Positions 27,665 through 38,916 of a stretch of DNA of 64,000 nucleotides are shown one piece after another; the first letter of the stretch is position 1; the number at the start of each line of letters is the position of its first letter. The notes under the pieces were generated by a model. The model was not told where the DNA came from, did not search any database, and saw only the letters and a list, made by a program, of their open reading frames with translations. Position numbers and translations under genes: made by a program. The stretch is from positions 1 through 64,000 of the forward strand of contig CBDDUX010000026.1 of the NCBI GenBank assembly GCA_965234725.1, written 5' to 3'. The stretch is from Thermoplasmatota archaeon. Its GTDB lineage: Archaea > Thermoplasmatota > Penumbrarchaeia > Penumbrarchaeales > Penumbrarchaeaceae.

Positions 27665-28954
27665 GTGAGCCCCCTTTTGAAATTTGCCATTGAGAGCTTC
27701 GGATGCACCATGAACCATGGGGAAGCAAGGTTTGCCGGATCCCTTCTATCCGGGATGGGTCATGATGTGGTCTACGGCCTCGAGAGGCCCTGGGCGGAAG
27801 ATCTCGATGGTGTCATCCTGTTCACATGCGATGTGATATCCTCCACCGAGAGGAGGATGTGGAAGTTGATGGATAATATCCAGGCTTCCGGGACGAAGCT
27901 CTATGCGGCAGGGTGTCTTGCCTCCATCGATGGAGAGAAGGTCCTGGCCCGATATCCTGGCTCATGTGTCCTTGATACCATGGGACTTGACAGGACAGAA
28001 AGATCCGTAAAAAGGGTCTTCGAGAAGGTCTCAGAACACACTATCAGAAGAGATGGACCGATCCCATCACGACTTGACCATATCGTTCCCATTTCATCGG
28101 GATGCGTTGGGGCATGCACCTATTGCATAACACGAGAAGCGAGAGGTCCCCCCCATTCGAATTCACAGAGGGAGATAGTCGCAGCTTTGAGGAAGGGACT
28201 GGATGAAGGCAGAAAGGAGATCCTCCTCACATCACAGGATACAGGAGCCTGGGGGATCGATCTCGGGAAGGGAGATGATCTGGGAACTCTGCTCCGGTTC
28301 ATATCATCCAGTGTTTGTGAAGAAATGAGGATAAGGGTTGGGATGATGAACCCGAACCATCTTCTTGAAAGAAGTGAAAGCATTCTGAACGGTTACACAG
28401 GTGAAAAGATCTTCAAGTTCTTCCACATCCCGGTTCAATCAGGATCAGTACAGGTCCTGAGGAGAATGAACAGGAGATATACTCCCTCGCAGGTCATGGA
28501 GGTTCTTGGGGAGGTAAGGGCGAGGTATCCGCAGGCAACGATCTCAACTGATGTGATCACAGGTTTCCCCGGTGAGACGGAGAAGGACCATGAGCTGACA
28601 ATGGAACTGATATCCAGGATCAGACCTGATATCCTCAATATAACCAGATTCTCCGCAAGGAAAGGAACTCCTGCGGCTGATATGGATGGGCAGGTGCATG
28701 GGGGAATATCCAAGGAGAGGTCCCGGGACCTCCACCGATCGCATGGTGAACTCGTGAAAGGGAACCTTGAAAGGAGACTGGGACTTCACCCCCATTGCCT
28801 TGTAACTGAGGTAGGGAAGGAGGGGACCATGATGGCGAGGGATGGGAACTATACACCCATTGTGATAGGAGGTGGGAGTGAGCTCCTCGGAAGGTTCGTC
28901 GATATCAGGACGGAGCATATCGGACCAACCTATCTTTTCGGGAAGATCGTCTGA
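27665..28954 (+). CDS. tRNA methylthiotransferase, MiaB/MtaB (archaeal e-MtaB/CDKAL1-like) radical SAM family
   Basis: FGC.MN, TC.V and AGCL N-terminal cluster ligands; CVGACTYC; SQDTGAWG; RVGMMNP; HIPVQSGS; DVITGFPGET; TRAM-like C-terminus. Confidence 0.9.
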   Translation: MSPLLKFAIESFGCTMNHGEARFAGSLLSGMGHDVVYGLERPWAEDLDGVILFTCDVISSTERRMWKLMDNIQASGTKLYAAGCLASIDGEKVLARYPGSCVLDTMGLDRTERSVKRVFEKVSEHTIRRDGPIPSRLDHIVPISSGCVGACTYCITREARGPPHSNSQREIVAALRKGLDEGRKEILLTSQDTGAWGIDLGKGDDLGTLLRFISSSVCEEMRIRVGMMNPNHLLERSESILNGYTGEKIFKFFHIPVQSGSVQVLRRMNRRYTPSQVMEVLGEVRARYPQATISTDVITGFPGETEKDHELTMELISRIRPDILNITRFSARKGTPAADMDGQVHGGISKERSRDLHRSHGELVKGNLERRLGLHPHCLVTEVGKEGTMMARDGNYTPIVIGGGSELLGRFVDIRTEHIGPTYLFGKIV

Positions 28955-29040
28955 ATTTCAGGGTATTTTAGTATTATCCATGGGTAATCTTTAAAATTAT
29001 AGCCTTCGTTGCTGAAAGCCCCCGAGGGAGAGGTTTCATC

Positions 29041-30414
29041 ATGGTAGATAAAGAGGAGTTCATCGAGCAGGCCGATAAGAAGCTGAGGGATGCAGGCATC
29101 ACCTGGGTATATTGTCAGTTCACGGACCTTGACGGAAGGATCAGGTCCTTCACGGTGCCTGCTTCTGATTTTCTAAATGGAAAACTATGGGCGGACGGGA
29201 TGACCTTCGACGGATCGTCGGTCGGTTTTGCCAAGACGGAGAATTCCGACCTGAGGGCCATACCCGACCCCGAGACACTTCTGATACTACCCTACGGGGA
29301 AGGTGTACAGAAAGTGGCCAGGGTTATAACTGACACCTTTACACCTGACGGGAAATTGGCCTATCCGATGGACCCCAGGAATGCCGCATTGAGGACAAGG
29401 AAGAACATTGAAGATATGGGTTTTTCAAAGGTCTGGCTCCAGCCTGAACTGGAATTCTATCTGCTCAAGGAGGGCGTGAACCCTTCAGCTGTCGGATATC
29501 ACGGAGATGATATCTACAAGATCCACCCCAAGCAGGGGTACTTTGCGGCCGTTCCTTGGGACAACTCGGATGAGTTCAGGAACGAGTTCACCAACAATCT
29601 CCTCAAAGCAGGGATGGATATCAAGTTCCACCACCACGAAGGAGGGTCCCAGCAGGTGGAGGTCGAGTTCAAGCATGTGGATGACATAGTCAGATGCGGT
29701 GATGTCTCCATGCTTTACAAGCTGCTGTCCAGATTGACCGCCAGGCAATTTGGATATTCGGTGTCATATATTCCCAAGATCTCGAAGATAGATTCAGGGA
29801 ACGGTATGCACGTTCATATGTGGCTGGATTCCTCGAAGGGTCCCGTATTCCCGGACCCGGAGGATGGCATTGGTCTCTCCCAGACCGCACGTTACTATAT
29901 CGGAGGGATCCTTGATCATGCCAGGGCAACATGCCTCTTCACGAACCCGACGATCAATTCATACAAGAGATTGATCCCGGAGTTCGAGGCTCCGGTATAT
30001 GCCACTTGGGGACAGAGGAACAGGACCGCCATGATCAGGATACCAGGGTCCCCCGGAGGGCAGCGTGTCGGTGATATAGAGGTCAGGCACGGCGACACAT
30101 CCTCCAATCCTTACTTTGCGTTCACTATCCTTGTGGAAGCCGGACTTGACGGCATAAGGAAGAAGATAGAACCTCCTGCTCCCATTGTTGGAGATCCCAA
30201 CAAGATGACCCAATCTCAGCGCGATGATCTGGGGATCAAGATGCTTCCCACCTCACTGCACGAGGCCGTTGAGGCTGCCAGGTCGGATGAGATCATTCAG
30301 AGGGCTGTGGGTCCGGAGATCTTCGATGCCTTCGTTGAAAGAAAATGTAAAGAGGTAATGGAGTTCAGGAACCATGTCACCGATTGGGAACTTGAGCGCT
30401 ATCTCCCGCTTTGA
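29041..30414 (+). CDS. glnA: Glutamine synthetase type I
   Basis: FTDLDG, FDGSSVG, PELEFYL, HHHE, GNGMHVH, NPTINSYKRL.P.FEAP, NRTAMIRIP and EVR..D...NPY. Confidence 0.95.
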   Translation: MVDKEEFIEQADKKLRDAGITWVYCQFTDLDGRIRSFTVPASDFLNGKLWADGMTFDGSSVGFAKTENSDLRAIPDPETLLILPYGEGVQKVARVITDTFTPDGKLAYPMDPRNAALRTRKNIEDMGFSKVWLQPELEFYLLKEGVNPSAVGYHGDDIYKIHPKQGYFAAVPWDNSDEFRNEFTNNLLKAGMDIKFHHHEGGSQQVEVEFKHVDDIVRCGDVSMLYKLLSRLTARQFGYSVSYIPKISKIDSGNGMHVHMWLDSSKGPVFPDPEDGIGLSQTARYYIGGILDHARATCLFTNPTINSYKRLIPEFEAPVYATWGQRNRTAMIRIPGSPGGQRVGDIEVRHGDTSSNPYFAFTILVEAGLDGIRKKIEPPAPIVGDPNKMTQSQRDDLGIKMLPTSLHEAVEAARSDEIIQRAVGPEIFDAFVERKCKEVMEFRNHVTDWELERYLPL

Positions 30415-30461
30415 TCCCATCGAAGATATCCGTTATATCCCATGAACACATACACCCATAC

Positions 30462-31400
30462 ATGGCCAGGGGAAAGATAACAGCCGTTGGTGATATGGTA
30501 TGCGACCTCCTCTGTTCCCCGATATCACATCTGGGAGATGAAGATGTCCAGATAGTACTTGATGATCTCAATATGTCTCCCGGAGGGAACACATTGAACT
30601 TCGCAATAGCCGCTTCCTCGTTCGGAGCGGAGGTCTCCTTCCACGGGGCCATTGGAGAGGACCCCCTTGGAACCTTCCTCAGGAGATGGATGGAGAAGGC
30701 GAAGGTGAAGGATGATTCCAAAAGAATGAAGGATATAGGCACTTCGACCACAGTGGCCATCCCCACTCTTTCGGGGGAAAGAAGGCTTCTGACATACACA
30801 GGGGCAAATACGAAATTTTTCATTGAACCGGAGAAGCTGGATATCGACGGGTCCACTCATCTGCACTGCGGGGGTTTCTGGTTCACAAGGAAGATGGCAG
30901 AGGGAGGAGTAAAGGCGATCTTCGAAGAGTGCAGGGAGAAAGGAGTGGAGACCTCTTTGGACCCCGCAACCGATCCAGGCGGTTTCAGGGGTAGGCTCAT
31001 GGACCATTTCCGTGAAGTTCTCCCCTTGACGGATATATTGATGGTAAATGTGGATGAACTTACCCAGATCACAGGGACAAGGGATATCGGGAAAGGTGCC
31101 AATGTCCTCAGGGACCAGGGTGTGGGGACCGTACTAGTCCATAGAGGTGATCGGGGAACCTCTGTAATTGATGAACATGGCAGGAAGAACTATCTTCCCT
31201 ACCCTGTTCTGGTCCCGAAGAATCCCACAGGATGCGGTGATGTGTTCAACGGATGCTTCATAGCTGCCAGGATAGAGGGGCTGTCAAATGATGAAGCAGT
31301 TGAGATGGGAATGGCATCTGCCTCACTGCACATGGCATCCGCGGAACCATACTATCCAGGTCGGGACAGGGTAATGGAAAGAGTCAAAAGAGGAAAATAA
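30462..31400 (+). CDS. PfkB/ribokinase family carbohydrate kinase
   Basis: PGGNTLN.A.A...FG, GAIGEDPLG, N..E and TGCGDVF..GC signature. ATG 30462 is the likely start. Confidence 0.9.
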   Translation: MARGKITAVGDMVCDLLCSPISHLGDEDVQIVLDDLNMSPGGNTLNFAIAASSFGAEVSFHGAIGEDPLGTFLRRWMEKAKVKDDSKRMKDIGTSTTVAIPTLSGERRLLTYTGANTKFFIEPEKLDIDGSTHLHCGGFWFTRKMAEGGVKAIFEECREKGVETSLDPATDPGGFRGRLMDHFREVLPLTDILMVNVDELTQITGTRDIGKGANVLRDQGVGTVLVHRGDRGTSVIDEHGRKNYLPYPVLVPKNPTGCGDVFNGCFIAARIEGLSNDEAVEMGMASASLHMASAEPYYPGRDRVMERVKRGK

Positions 31401-31448
31401 CAGATAATAACCAATAAATATGCCCCCTATTAATTGTGAAGCGTTCTT

Positions 31449-32345
31449 ATGGATGTAAAGGACCTTGAACTCCTGACAGTTCTGTCCTCTCATGGTGAGG
31501 CGGATCCAGAGTTCCTCTCCTCCAAACTGTCCCTTTCTCCGGACAATGTGGAGAGGAGGATAGCCCTGCTCATACGGTCCGGGACTTTAAGAGGATTCTC
31601 GGCATTCTTTGACAGGAGGATGTTCGGTTACGATACAACCTTTTTGAAACTCCATTACAGGATGCGGGACCTGGACCGAATAATTGATGAGGTTTCAAAG
31701 ATGCCCCAGGTTACCCAGGTCTATCCCAATCTGGACGATTTCATGATGGTGGAGGTGGTCCACTGGGATATGGAAACTCTGAAGTCCGCCATCAGGGCAT
31801 TGGAAAGGGCGGCGAAACCCCAGACAGTTTCAGCTCATTTCAGGCCGAGGTTCCTTGATATCATTCCGGAAACACCCAAGGGAAAGGACCTTGAGTTACT
31901 GACCTGTCTCGTGAAGAATGGGAGGACTACTCTGGAAGAACTTGCGGGGATCCTTGGCATCTCTCCAGATGATGTCAGGGATAGGACAGCCCGGATGATA
32001 AACGATGATGTCTTCTCGGTGAGACCTATCATCCAGGAGGATCTGGTACAACCGTTCCCTACCTTCTCTGCGATAGTGACGTTCAAGAAAGGGACCTCCT
32101 TCCCCTCATGCTACAGCGAGGTCCAGAGGATAGGAAGAGGTATTTGGTCTTGCATGCCTCTTGAGGACCCTAAGGGAATCTGGATCAGGTCCTTCGGCAG
32201 GGACCTCCACGAGATGGACATGATGATAGAAAGGTACAGACGTGAGGATTTTGCCGAAGAGGTCCTTGTGATAATACCGGATACAATGATAACGAAGAGG
32301 TCTGTGGACCTTCATATCCTGAAGAGGGCGGAGAAAAAGACCTGA
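31449..32345 (+). CDS. Lrp/AsnC-family regulator with duplicated HTH-RAM architecture
   Basis: Two units starting KDLELL..L...G.......L...L.lSPd.V..R. Confidence 0.8.
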   Translation: MDVKDLELLTVLSSHGEADPEFLSSKLSLSPDNVERRIALLIRSGTLRGFSAFFDRRMFGYDTTFLKLHYRMRDLDRIIDEVSKMPQVTQVYPNLDDFMMVEVVHWDMETLKSAIRALERAAKPQTVSAHFRPRFLDIIPETPKGKDLELLTCLVKNGRTTLEELAGILGISPDDVRDRTARMINDDVFSVRPIIQEDLVQPFPTFSAIVTFKKGTSFPSCYSEVQRIGRGIWSCMPLEDPKGIWIRSFGRDLHEMDMMIERYRREDFAEEVLVIIPDTMITKRSVDLHILKRAEKKT

Positions 32346-32705
32346 CATTATTTTCGTTATTTCCGTTATTGTATCATTATATCAGTTCTTGGTCTTTATC
32401 TTCGGATAAAATGATAATACCGATTTTTTCATTGTGAAAACTGAAATTTTTCAGCAAAAGGTTTGAGGGGACTACATCAGGTCCTTATTTAGTTCTCCTT
32501 TGAAGAGAACAGATAAATAACCGTGGCGGAGCTGTGAAATATGAGGAAGTTGGTTCCTTAAAACGGCATCACGATTATTATCATTTCGCTGATGATCATT
32601 ACAATGTATCATATCAGGAAAACTATATATCTGGCTTAATTCTTTGTTTTGACGATCTGGGCGATGAACATATCTTATCTCATGAACAATTCGAAGGTAT
32701 AGAAG

Positions 32706-33725
32706 ATGGATTTTGAAACATTGAAGGGGTCCACCGGGATCAGGAAGGTGCTATTGGCGGGAGGAGCAGGTTTCATAGGAAGCCACCTTGTAAGATATTT
32801 CCTCGATCAGGAATGCATAGAAAGGGTCCTGGTAATCGATAATTTCGTATCCGGCAGTAGAGAAAATCTAACCGATTCCGTCATGGACGAGCGTTTGGTT
32901 ATTTTAGATATGGATATTACGGACCCTTCTGTCATACATAGTTCAGGAGATGGATTCGATCTTGTTTTACATCTGGCAGCTGTCGCCAATCCCAAGGATT
33001 ACGAGAAGCATCCCGTGGAGACCCTGATGGTCAATTCACGAGGATCGGAGAATATGGTGGCCATCGCCGAGAGGAACAATGCCAAATACATATTTTTCTC
33101 AAGCTCCGAGGTTTATGGGAATCATAATCCCATTCCAAACGACTCTCTGGGAGAAGCATCGCAGAGCAGAATAATACTCAACCAGAAAAGGAGCCCCTAT
33201 GTGGTGGGAAAATGTTTCGGAGAGGAAATGACCATCAACCTCTGCAGAAATAAGGGTCTGGATTATCTGATAATACGCCCCTTCAATATCTATGGGCCCA
33301 ATATGGATCTAATGACCAATTACGGTAGGGTAATTCCCAATTTCTGCCTTTGGGGTTTGAAAGGGGATCCATTGAAGATAAACGGCGATGGTACCCAGAT
33401 ACGCTCTTTCTGCTTCATAGATGATTTCATCGAAGCATTCATTTCCCTCCTTAATGAGGGTGTGGCGGGTAAGAGCATCAATATAGGTTATCCCCATCCG
33501 ATTTCCATACTGGAACTTGGTAGATTGGTATCCCAGATATTGAATGTGGAGGAGAAATTCCAGTACGGGGAGAAATATCCTTTCGAACCGTATATGAGGG
33601 TTCCGGATATAACGCTGATGAAGAAACTCACGGGTTGGGAACCCCGGATATTTCTTCGATCAGGGTTGGAGAAGACCATCGAATGGTTCAGGGAGACCGG
33701 TATCGAAAAATACGTCAGGATGTAA
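32706..33725 (+). CDS. NAD-dependent nucleotide-sugar epimerase/decarboxylase (UDP-glucuronate decarboxylase-like)
   Basis: GGAGFIGSHL, HLAAVANP.DY...PVETL.VN, SSSEVYG, Y..GK, RPFNIYGP and GDGTQ.RSFCF. Confidence 0.9.
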   Translation: MDFETLKGSTGIRKVLLAGGAGFIGSHLVRYFLDQECIERVLVIDNFVSGSRENLTDSVMDERLVILDMDITDPSVIHSSGDGFDLVLHLAAVANPKDYEKHPVETLMVNSRGSENMVAIAERNNAKYIFFSSSEVYGNHNPIPNDSLGEASQSRIILNQKRSPYVVGKCFGEEMTINLCRNKGLDYLIIRPFNIYGPNMDLMTNYGRVIPNFCLWGLKGDPLKINGDGTQIRSFCFIDDFIEAFISLLNEGVAGKSINIGYPHPISILELGRLVSQILNVEEKFQYGEKYPFEPYMRVPDITLMKKLTGWEPRIFLRSGLEKTIEWFRETGIEKYVRM

Positions 33726-34119
33726 AGGCCGTATAATTTTGATCTTATTGATAAATGAAGTAAAAGAAGTGGTAAGATTTCATATGATCCAAATCTTCAC
33801 CGGAAGACCTCTTGATATCGTTAATGGTCTTTCCTTCTTCGGTTCATTTGGTCTTTGCCTCCACGCGGTCATAATATTGTCTATTGATCTTCTGGGAATC
33901 CTGAGCGTGTTGTTGAATGCGGATATAGGATCAAAGCTGATCAATGATTGGTATATTGACTCGTACCAAAGCGGAAGTGGTTTCATAGTGGACATGCGAT
34001 AAGCCTGCAGGAAAGTATTTTATTAAGGTATTGACCGATATACTGAGGTCCAGTATTCCATGATATGCTGAAAACGGCTGGTGAAAGGAGATCCGCGGTT
34101 ATTTTGATCCAAGGGAAAG

Positions 34120-35511
34120 GTGAATTACATGATGGACATCTTCAAGATCCTTTACCTCATCTTCCTGGTTCTTTTCCTTTATTATCTTACAGTCAGGATA
34201 TTTATCATGAAGAAGTCTCTGGGAAGACGGGAATGGTTCATCACATTGTTAGTGCTGGGATTTTCCCTTGTATTTTATATCCGCTTCATAATCCATGATC
34301 TTGTTTTGGTGGAACCTTCGGATGAAGCCATGTATGTTTCCCTGATTAAGGAAGTATCAAATGGAATGGATCCGCCAGCCTCCGGACCGGGTTTCGTATA
34401 TCTGATTCTGCTTATAAAACGAATTTTCGGTTGGCCGGTGGATATTATCACAGGTGTCCTTGGTCTTATTGTTGGATCTTTGTACCTACTTCTTCTCTAT
34501 CAAGTTTACAAAGTGAACTTGAGTTCCCGGGAAACTGCGGTATACTCTTGTTTGATGATACTTAGTACCAGTTACTTTCTTTGGCCTATGATCGAATCCA
34601 GACCTCAGCAGCTAGGGATGTTGCTGGTATTGGTCGGGGCATACTTCTACCATGCGCATCTGGGCAATGGAAGATATCTTGGATTGCTGATCACCATCAC
34701 GATATTCACCTTTGTTTTCCATATACTTTCCTTCCTATTCCTCATTTCAATAATGTTAATTCTTTGGTGGTTAGGATTTATAGAGAACAAGACCAGATTG
34801 AAGCAGGGAATATGGCCGGGATTAGTGTTGATATCCGGTCTGCTGATATTCTTCAGTCCCTTGCCCCTATATTCCAGTATGAATGGAGGGGTCGGCTGGA
34901 TGCTCAGGAGATCCGAACTGGGTTTTTTACAAAACAGTCCTATCCTTGTGGTCCTCTTTGCGATCTCAATTTTGTTCTTGGTCGCACTTACAATTTACCT
35001 TAAGAATATTAAGGTCCCAGAAGGGTTAATGAGCTTTGGTGGAAAGCATATAGGTAAACTCTGCCCGATCATTATTATAGCCACGATTCTCGTTTTATTT
35101 GTCCAATTCATGATTAATAGAGATGTTTACAGCAGCAAGTACCGGGGATCGATCCTTCTGTTTATTGTCTTTCAAATGGGGAATATCGTTTTCGGAGGCT
35201 TGTTCATAAGATCATTTCTCAAGTCCATGAGGAATGGTGATTTCGAAGATCCATTCTTCAGGATAGTATCGATTCTGATGTTCATGGGAATCGCAACACT
35301 TCTGATCTCGATCTTCCTTCCGATGAATTTCAACAACTGGATGATAAGGACGGTAAATTACTGGACGGTTTTCGCAGCACCATTGGTTGCAAGGGAAGTT
35401 ATGGATATGCCTTCCAAATGGAGGAACCTGTTGGTCATGTTTCTGCCTATTCTTATTATACTGAGTCTGATCAATATCTCACGCGATCAGACCATCTTCG
35501 GATATCCCTGA
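34120..35511 (+). CDS. Polytopic membrane protein, possibly GT-C-fold glycosyltransferase or polymerase
   Basis: About 12 hydrophobic segments; an acidic SDE loop after the second helix; located in the glycan cluster. The function is inferred. Confidence 0.6.
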   Translation: MNYMMDIFKILYLIFLVLFLYYLTVRIFIMKKSLGRREWFITLLVLGFSLVFYIRFIIHDLVLVEPSDEAMYVSLIKEVSNGMDPPASGPGFVYLILLIKRIFGWPVDIITGVLGLIVGSLYLLLLYQVYKVNLSSRETAVYSCLMILSTSYFLWPMIESRPQQLGMLLVLVGAYFYHAHLGNGRYLGLLITITIFTFVFHILSFLFLISIMLILWWLGFIENKTRLKQGIWPGLVLISGLLIFFSPLPLYSSMNGGVGWMLRRSELGFLQNSPILVVLFAISILFLVALTIYLKNIKVPEGLMSFGGKHIGKLCPIIIIATILVLFVQFMINRDVYSSKYRGSILLFIVFQMGNIVFGGLFIRSFLKSMRNGDFEDPFFRIVSILMFMGIATLLISIFLPMNFNNWMIRTVNYWTVFAAPLVAREVMDMPSKWRNLLVMFLPILIILSLINISRDQTIFGYP

Positions 35512-35560
35512 AGGACATGTCGCCTTTTCATTTTTCCGATTGTTTTTTCTATTTATCCCT

Positions 35561-37783
35561 TCAATGCTGATCCATGTCCTCATTATCCAGGTTCGTGTTC
35601 ACTCCTGATACCGGAGGTGGTGGAGGCGGCATGGAAGGAACTTGAGGGATGTTCTGTGATTCTACCGAAACCTCTTCACCAACATCCTGTGCAGTCTCCC
35701 CCATGGTAGCTGAAGGCAGATTCTCGACAGGTTCTGGTTCGGCGATGGAGGGAGTCTCCATCTGATCGCCAGGAAGGACGTTCTGGGTGATTTCATCTGG
35801 ATATTCCATCACCTGGGCGCCTTCGTGGGATTCCTCGCGGATCACATCGGTTGGTTCCGCCGGATAGAATTCAAGGGGAGCATCCGGAGTGTAACTTCCA
35901 ACGGCCATGTCCTTATCATTTGGGTCATAAAAACCCTCATATTGGGCTTCCGGTGACATATCTACTCCACCATGATCGGTATCGTATTCTTCCTGGCCAT
36001 AATTATTCATCTCAGTATCTTCCCCAGTCTTCTTTTTCCTTAGAACAAGGACAAGGATCAGGACGATGATGATCAACACAACAATGACGGCTATTATGAT
36101 CGGGAGCCAGGGGAGTCCTTCTTCCTCTTCATTCACAGTGATCCTAACAGTCCCGGTTGTGTTTGACCATTCGTCGTCCACAGTAACCGTGAAGATGTAA
36201 TCTCCTTCTTCAAGATCCAAAACGGTTATTGGATTTCCTGTCTTTTCCCACTCCGGATCGCTGTCATGAGTCCATGTATAGGTAATTGTTTTATTCTCCG
36301 GATCGCTGGCATTCACAGATAATGTGAGGTCATCCCCGACTGTAATCTCGGCCTCACTTGAATCCACCGAATGGATCACGGGTGGAAGGTTATCAAGTAT
36401 GGTCACTTTAATGGATTCTGTTCTGGTATTTCCCATTTCATCCGCTATCTCAACGGTGAAGATATAAACTCCTGGATCGAATCCGGTCAGATCCAACATG
36501 CTGCTTGATTCCGTCCATTCTGGATCCTTGTCATTTTTCCAGGTGTATGTCAGATCCTCCGATTCCGGATCATCTGCGACCACCATCAGGGAGAATACAT
36601 CGCTCTCCAGGACCGTGAGGTTTTGTGTTTTTCCCGTAACCACCGGAAGCAGATTGTGTATTTTCGGGAAGTTGTCCTCGGGGTTTGGAATACCATCTCC
36701 GTCCATGTCATCATCATCGTTGTTAAAAACACCATCATTATCCAGGTCGTTATCTACCACTTCCCCCATATCTTCCGGAATGTCGTCCTGGTAATCGCTA
36801 ACAATTGTTGTCTTTTCTATGGTCCCGGTCTCGATGTCCGTGATCATAACCTCGTACATGTCCAATGTAAACTTCCCGGTAGCTCCGTCCTCTTTGGCAC
36901 TGACGAGAGACTTGACAGGTATGTCACCAGGGTCCATCAATGCTGCTACTGTTGCTCCGGAATCTGTTATATACTCGAATCCAAACTGTGAGGTCATGAA
37001 ATCACCGCTCCTTGTGGGTGAGAAAAGGAGCTGCCCCCCGTATTCAACCTCAAGATGACAGGAAGGTGTCTTAAGTACTATGATAAGGAAGCTATCCTCA
37101 TTATCGGCTGTGATATATGGATAGGGGAACGGGTCGAATGCTGTGAGTGGGGCCCCAGGACTTTCTGTTTGAAGGTCTCCAACCTTTAAGTTGATGGAAT
37201 CATCCCCCATCTTGAATCCTGGTTCATCGGTTGTGTTGAATGAAACAGATAATGTGATTCCTTCGCTGAGGTCGTAGACAGGATTATCACCGTCATTGTA
37301 ATCCTCAATAAAATCAAGGGCATCATCGATATTTCCGGCAGTATCGTAGTAGGGAACCTCTCCTCCTTCGGACCCTAGGAAATCATCCTGTGCCTCGAAG
37401 CTTATGGTATCAGTGGAGATTAGATCATGAGTCCACTCATGGTCCCCGTCCGAACGATACCATTCGTAGGATCCGGTTTCGATATCCGAGTCCGGTATCA
37501 CTACCTCGATGGTATCGATATCATTGTCTGGATCAAGATTGTATACCTCGAAATTCAGAATTGCCGGTTGACCCGCCCCCAGGATAAGTAGCCCTTCTGG
37601 AATGGCGGGATCATCAATGTGGCCCTGTTCCATAATGATCTTGGAATTTATCTCTCCCTGTGCGAAGGAATCTCCAAAGTCCCCATGAGGCACATCAAGA
37701 AATATCACCGTTATTAAAGCTCCAAGCAAGGCCAAGGCAAAAATGATGGTCATAATCTTTTCGTTTACCTTGTTTCGATTCAA
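35561..37783 (-). CDS. Acidic surface protein with Ca-binding DxDxDG repeat, PKD/Ig domains, TM anchor and Pro/acidic tail
   Basis: DNDLDNDGVFNNDDDDMDGDGIPN.EDNFP; two A.DPE...LTYTW units; TM WLPIIIAVIVVLIIIVLILVLVL-RKKK. TTG 37783 follows GGAG and is more plausible than the track start at 37921. Confidence 0.8.
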   Translation of the reverse strand: MNRNKVNEKIMTIIFALALLGALITVIFLDVPHGDFGDSFAQGEINSKIIMEQGHIDDPAIPEGLLILGAGQPAILNFEVYNLDPDNDIDTIEVVIPDSDIETGSYEWYRSDGDHEWTHDLISTDTISFEAQDDFLGSEGGEVPYYDTAGNIDDALDFIEDYNDGDNPVYDLSEGITLSVSFNTTDEPGFKMGDDSINLKVGDLQTESPGAPLTAFDPFPYPYITADNEDSFLIIVLKTPSCHLEVEYGGQLLFSPTRSGDFMTSQFGFEYITDSGATVAALMDPGDIPVKSLVSAKEDGATGKFTLDMYEVMITDIETGTIEKTTIVSDYQDDIPEDMGEVVDNDLDNDGVFNNDDDDMDGDGIPNPEDNFPKIHNLLPVVTGKTQNLTVLESDVFSLMVVADDPESEDLTYTWKNDKDPEWTESSSMLDLTGFDPGVYIFTVEIADEMGNTRTESIKVTILDNLPPVIHSVDSSEAEITVGDDLTLSVNASDPENKTITYTWTHDSDPEWEKTGNPITVLDLEEGDYIFTVTVDDEWSNTTGTVRITVNEEEEGLPWLPIIIAVIVVLIIIVLILVLVLRKKKTGEDTEMNNYGQEEYDTDHGGVDMSPEAQYEGFYDPNDKDMAVGSYTPDAPLEFYPAEPTDVIREESHEGAQVMEYPDEITQNVLPGDQMETPSIAEPEPVENLPSATMGETAQDVGEEVSVESQNIPQVPSMPPPPPPVSGVNTNLDNEDMDQH

Positions 37784-37977
37784 AAAACCAACTCCTATCT
37801 CTCCCATCGGAGGTACAGCGATTACACTAGTGACTGGATACTTAATACTTTGCAGAATAATGTTTTCAAACTTATCTATGGTCAGGTTCAGAATCTGATA
37901 ACTTTCATAATAATTTCTCAAATTTCAGAGGTTGCACTCGGAAAACAACATTAGCTAATAAGACCATCATCAGGCGG

Positions 37978-38916
37978 ATGGCCGATATTGGAATAGAAAA
38001 AATCGGAGATGGTCCGATCATCTCGGTAATCATACCTGTCCGCAACGGCGAAAAAACCCTCGAAAGATGCCTGAGATCCATTATGGACCAATCCATCACG
38101 GGGTACGAGATCATAGTTGTTGATAATGCATCCGATGATTCCACATCAGACCTGATACATGCATGTTCATCGGAGGATCATAGAATTCGTTACGAGTTCG
38201 AGGGCAGGAAAGGAAGGGGTCATGCAAGAGCAAAAGGGATCTCATGCTCCAATGGGAGTATTCTTGCTTGGACAGATTCGGATTGTGAGGTTCCACATGA
38301 TTGGCTGGAAAGGCTAACCGGCCCAATATTGAGGGGAGAGGAAAAGATCGTCCAAGGAAACGAGGACCAGATGAGAGGCGGTTATTGGTCCAGTGAAGCT
38401 CAGGATGCAGGACAGAGGCATTTGGACAATCAGGTTCGGAATCCCCCATATATTGATCATGTGGATACGAAGAACTTAGCAATCAGAAAGGACGTTCTTC
38501 TCGGCGTAGGGGGATTTGATAGAAGGCTGAAAGCGCTTGAGGACTTCGAACTCAAGGTCAGATTAAAAAAGGCCGGTAACCGGATTTTTTACATTAGGGA
38601 TATTCGAGTTAAACACCACCACAGAGAAAAGTTAGGACAGCTCTTTCGATCCAGATTTGAGCAGGGATACTGGGCTGCGGTTATCTTCTACATGCATAGA
38701 GACTTCTTCGATTCGGAAAAAGGGCAGGATAATACAATCAAATCCATGTATTTTCTGGACATTATCAAATTCCCATTGCATCTTGGTTTATTCCTTATGC
38801 GCAAAGGACCGAGAAAGTTTCTTTTCGAGGCGGTATCGGGTCTTATCTGGAGATTGGGTAATATAAAGGGAAGAATTTTCCATAGAAAAGCTCTGGAGGA
38901 AATTCGATTTGCATAA
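37978..38916 (+). CDS. Family 2 glycosyltransferase
   Basis: ISVIIPVRN, EIIVVDNAS.D, TDSDC and GGFD.....ED.EL..RL. Confidence 0.92.
   Translation: MADIGIEKIGDGPIISVIIPVRNGEKTLERCLRSIMDQSITGYEIIVVDNASDDSTSDLIHACSSEDHRIRYEFEGRKGRGHARAKGISCSNGSILAWTDSDCEVPHDWLERLTGPILRGEEKIVQGNEDQMRGGYWSSEAQDAGQRHLDNQVRNPPYIDHVDTKNLAIRKDVLLGVGGFDRRLKALEDFELKVRLKKAGNRIFYIRDIRVKHHHREKLGQLFRSRFEQGYWAAVIFYMHRDFFDSEKGQDNTIKSMYFLDIIKFPLHLGLFLMRKGPRKFLFEAVSGLIWRLGNIKGRIFHRKALEEIRFA

Noticed and set aside
32348-32385. Short TTATT(T/C)CG-like tandem repeats
   Set aside because: Only 3-4 degenerate 9-mers in a T-rich terminator zone; no spacers, so not a CRISPR array.
32534-32716. 60-aa His/Asp/Tyr-rich ORF before the epimerase
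   Set aside because: GTG start, AT-rich sequence, no recognisable motif. It cannot be distinguished from a spurious ORF in a promoter region.
33739-34002. Two overlapping short ORFs on opposite strands (87 aa +, 71 aa -)
   Set aside because: Neither has motifs or a convincing start signal. One may be real but I cannot choose between them.
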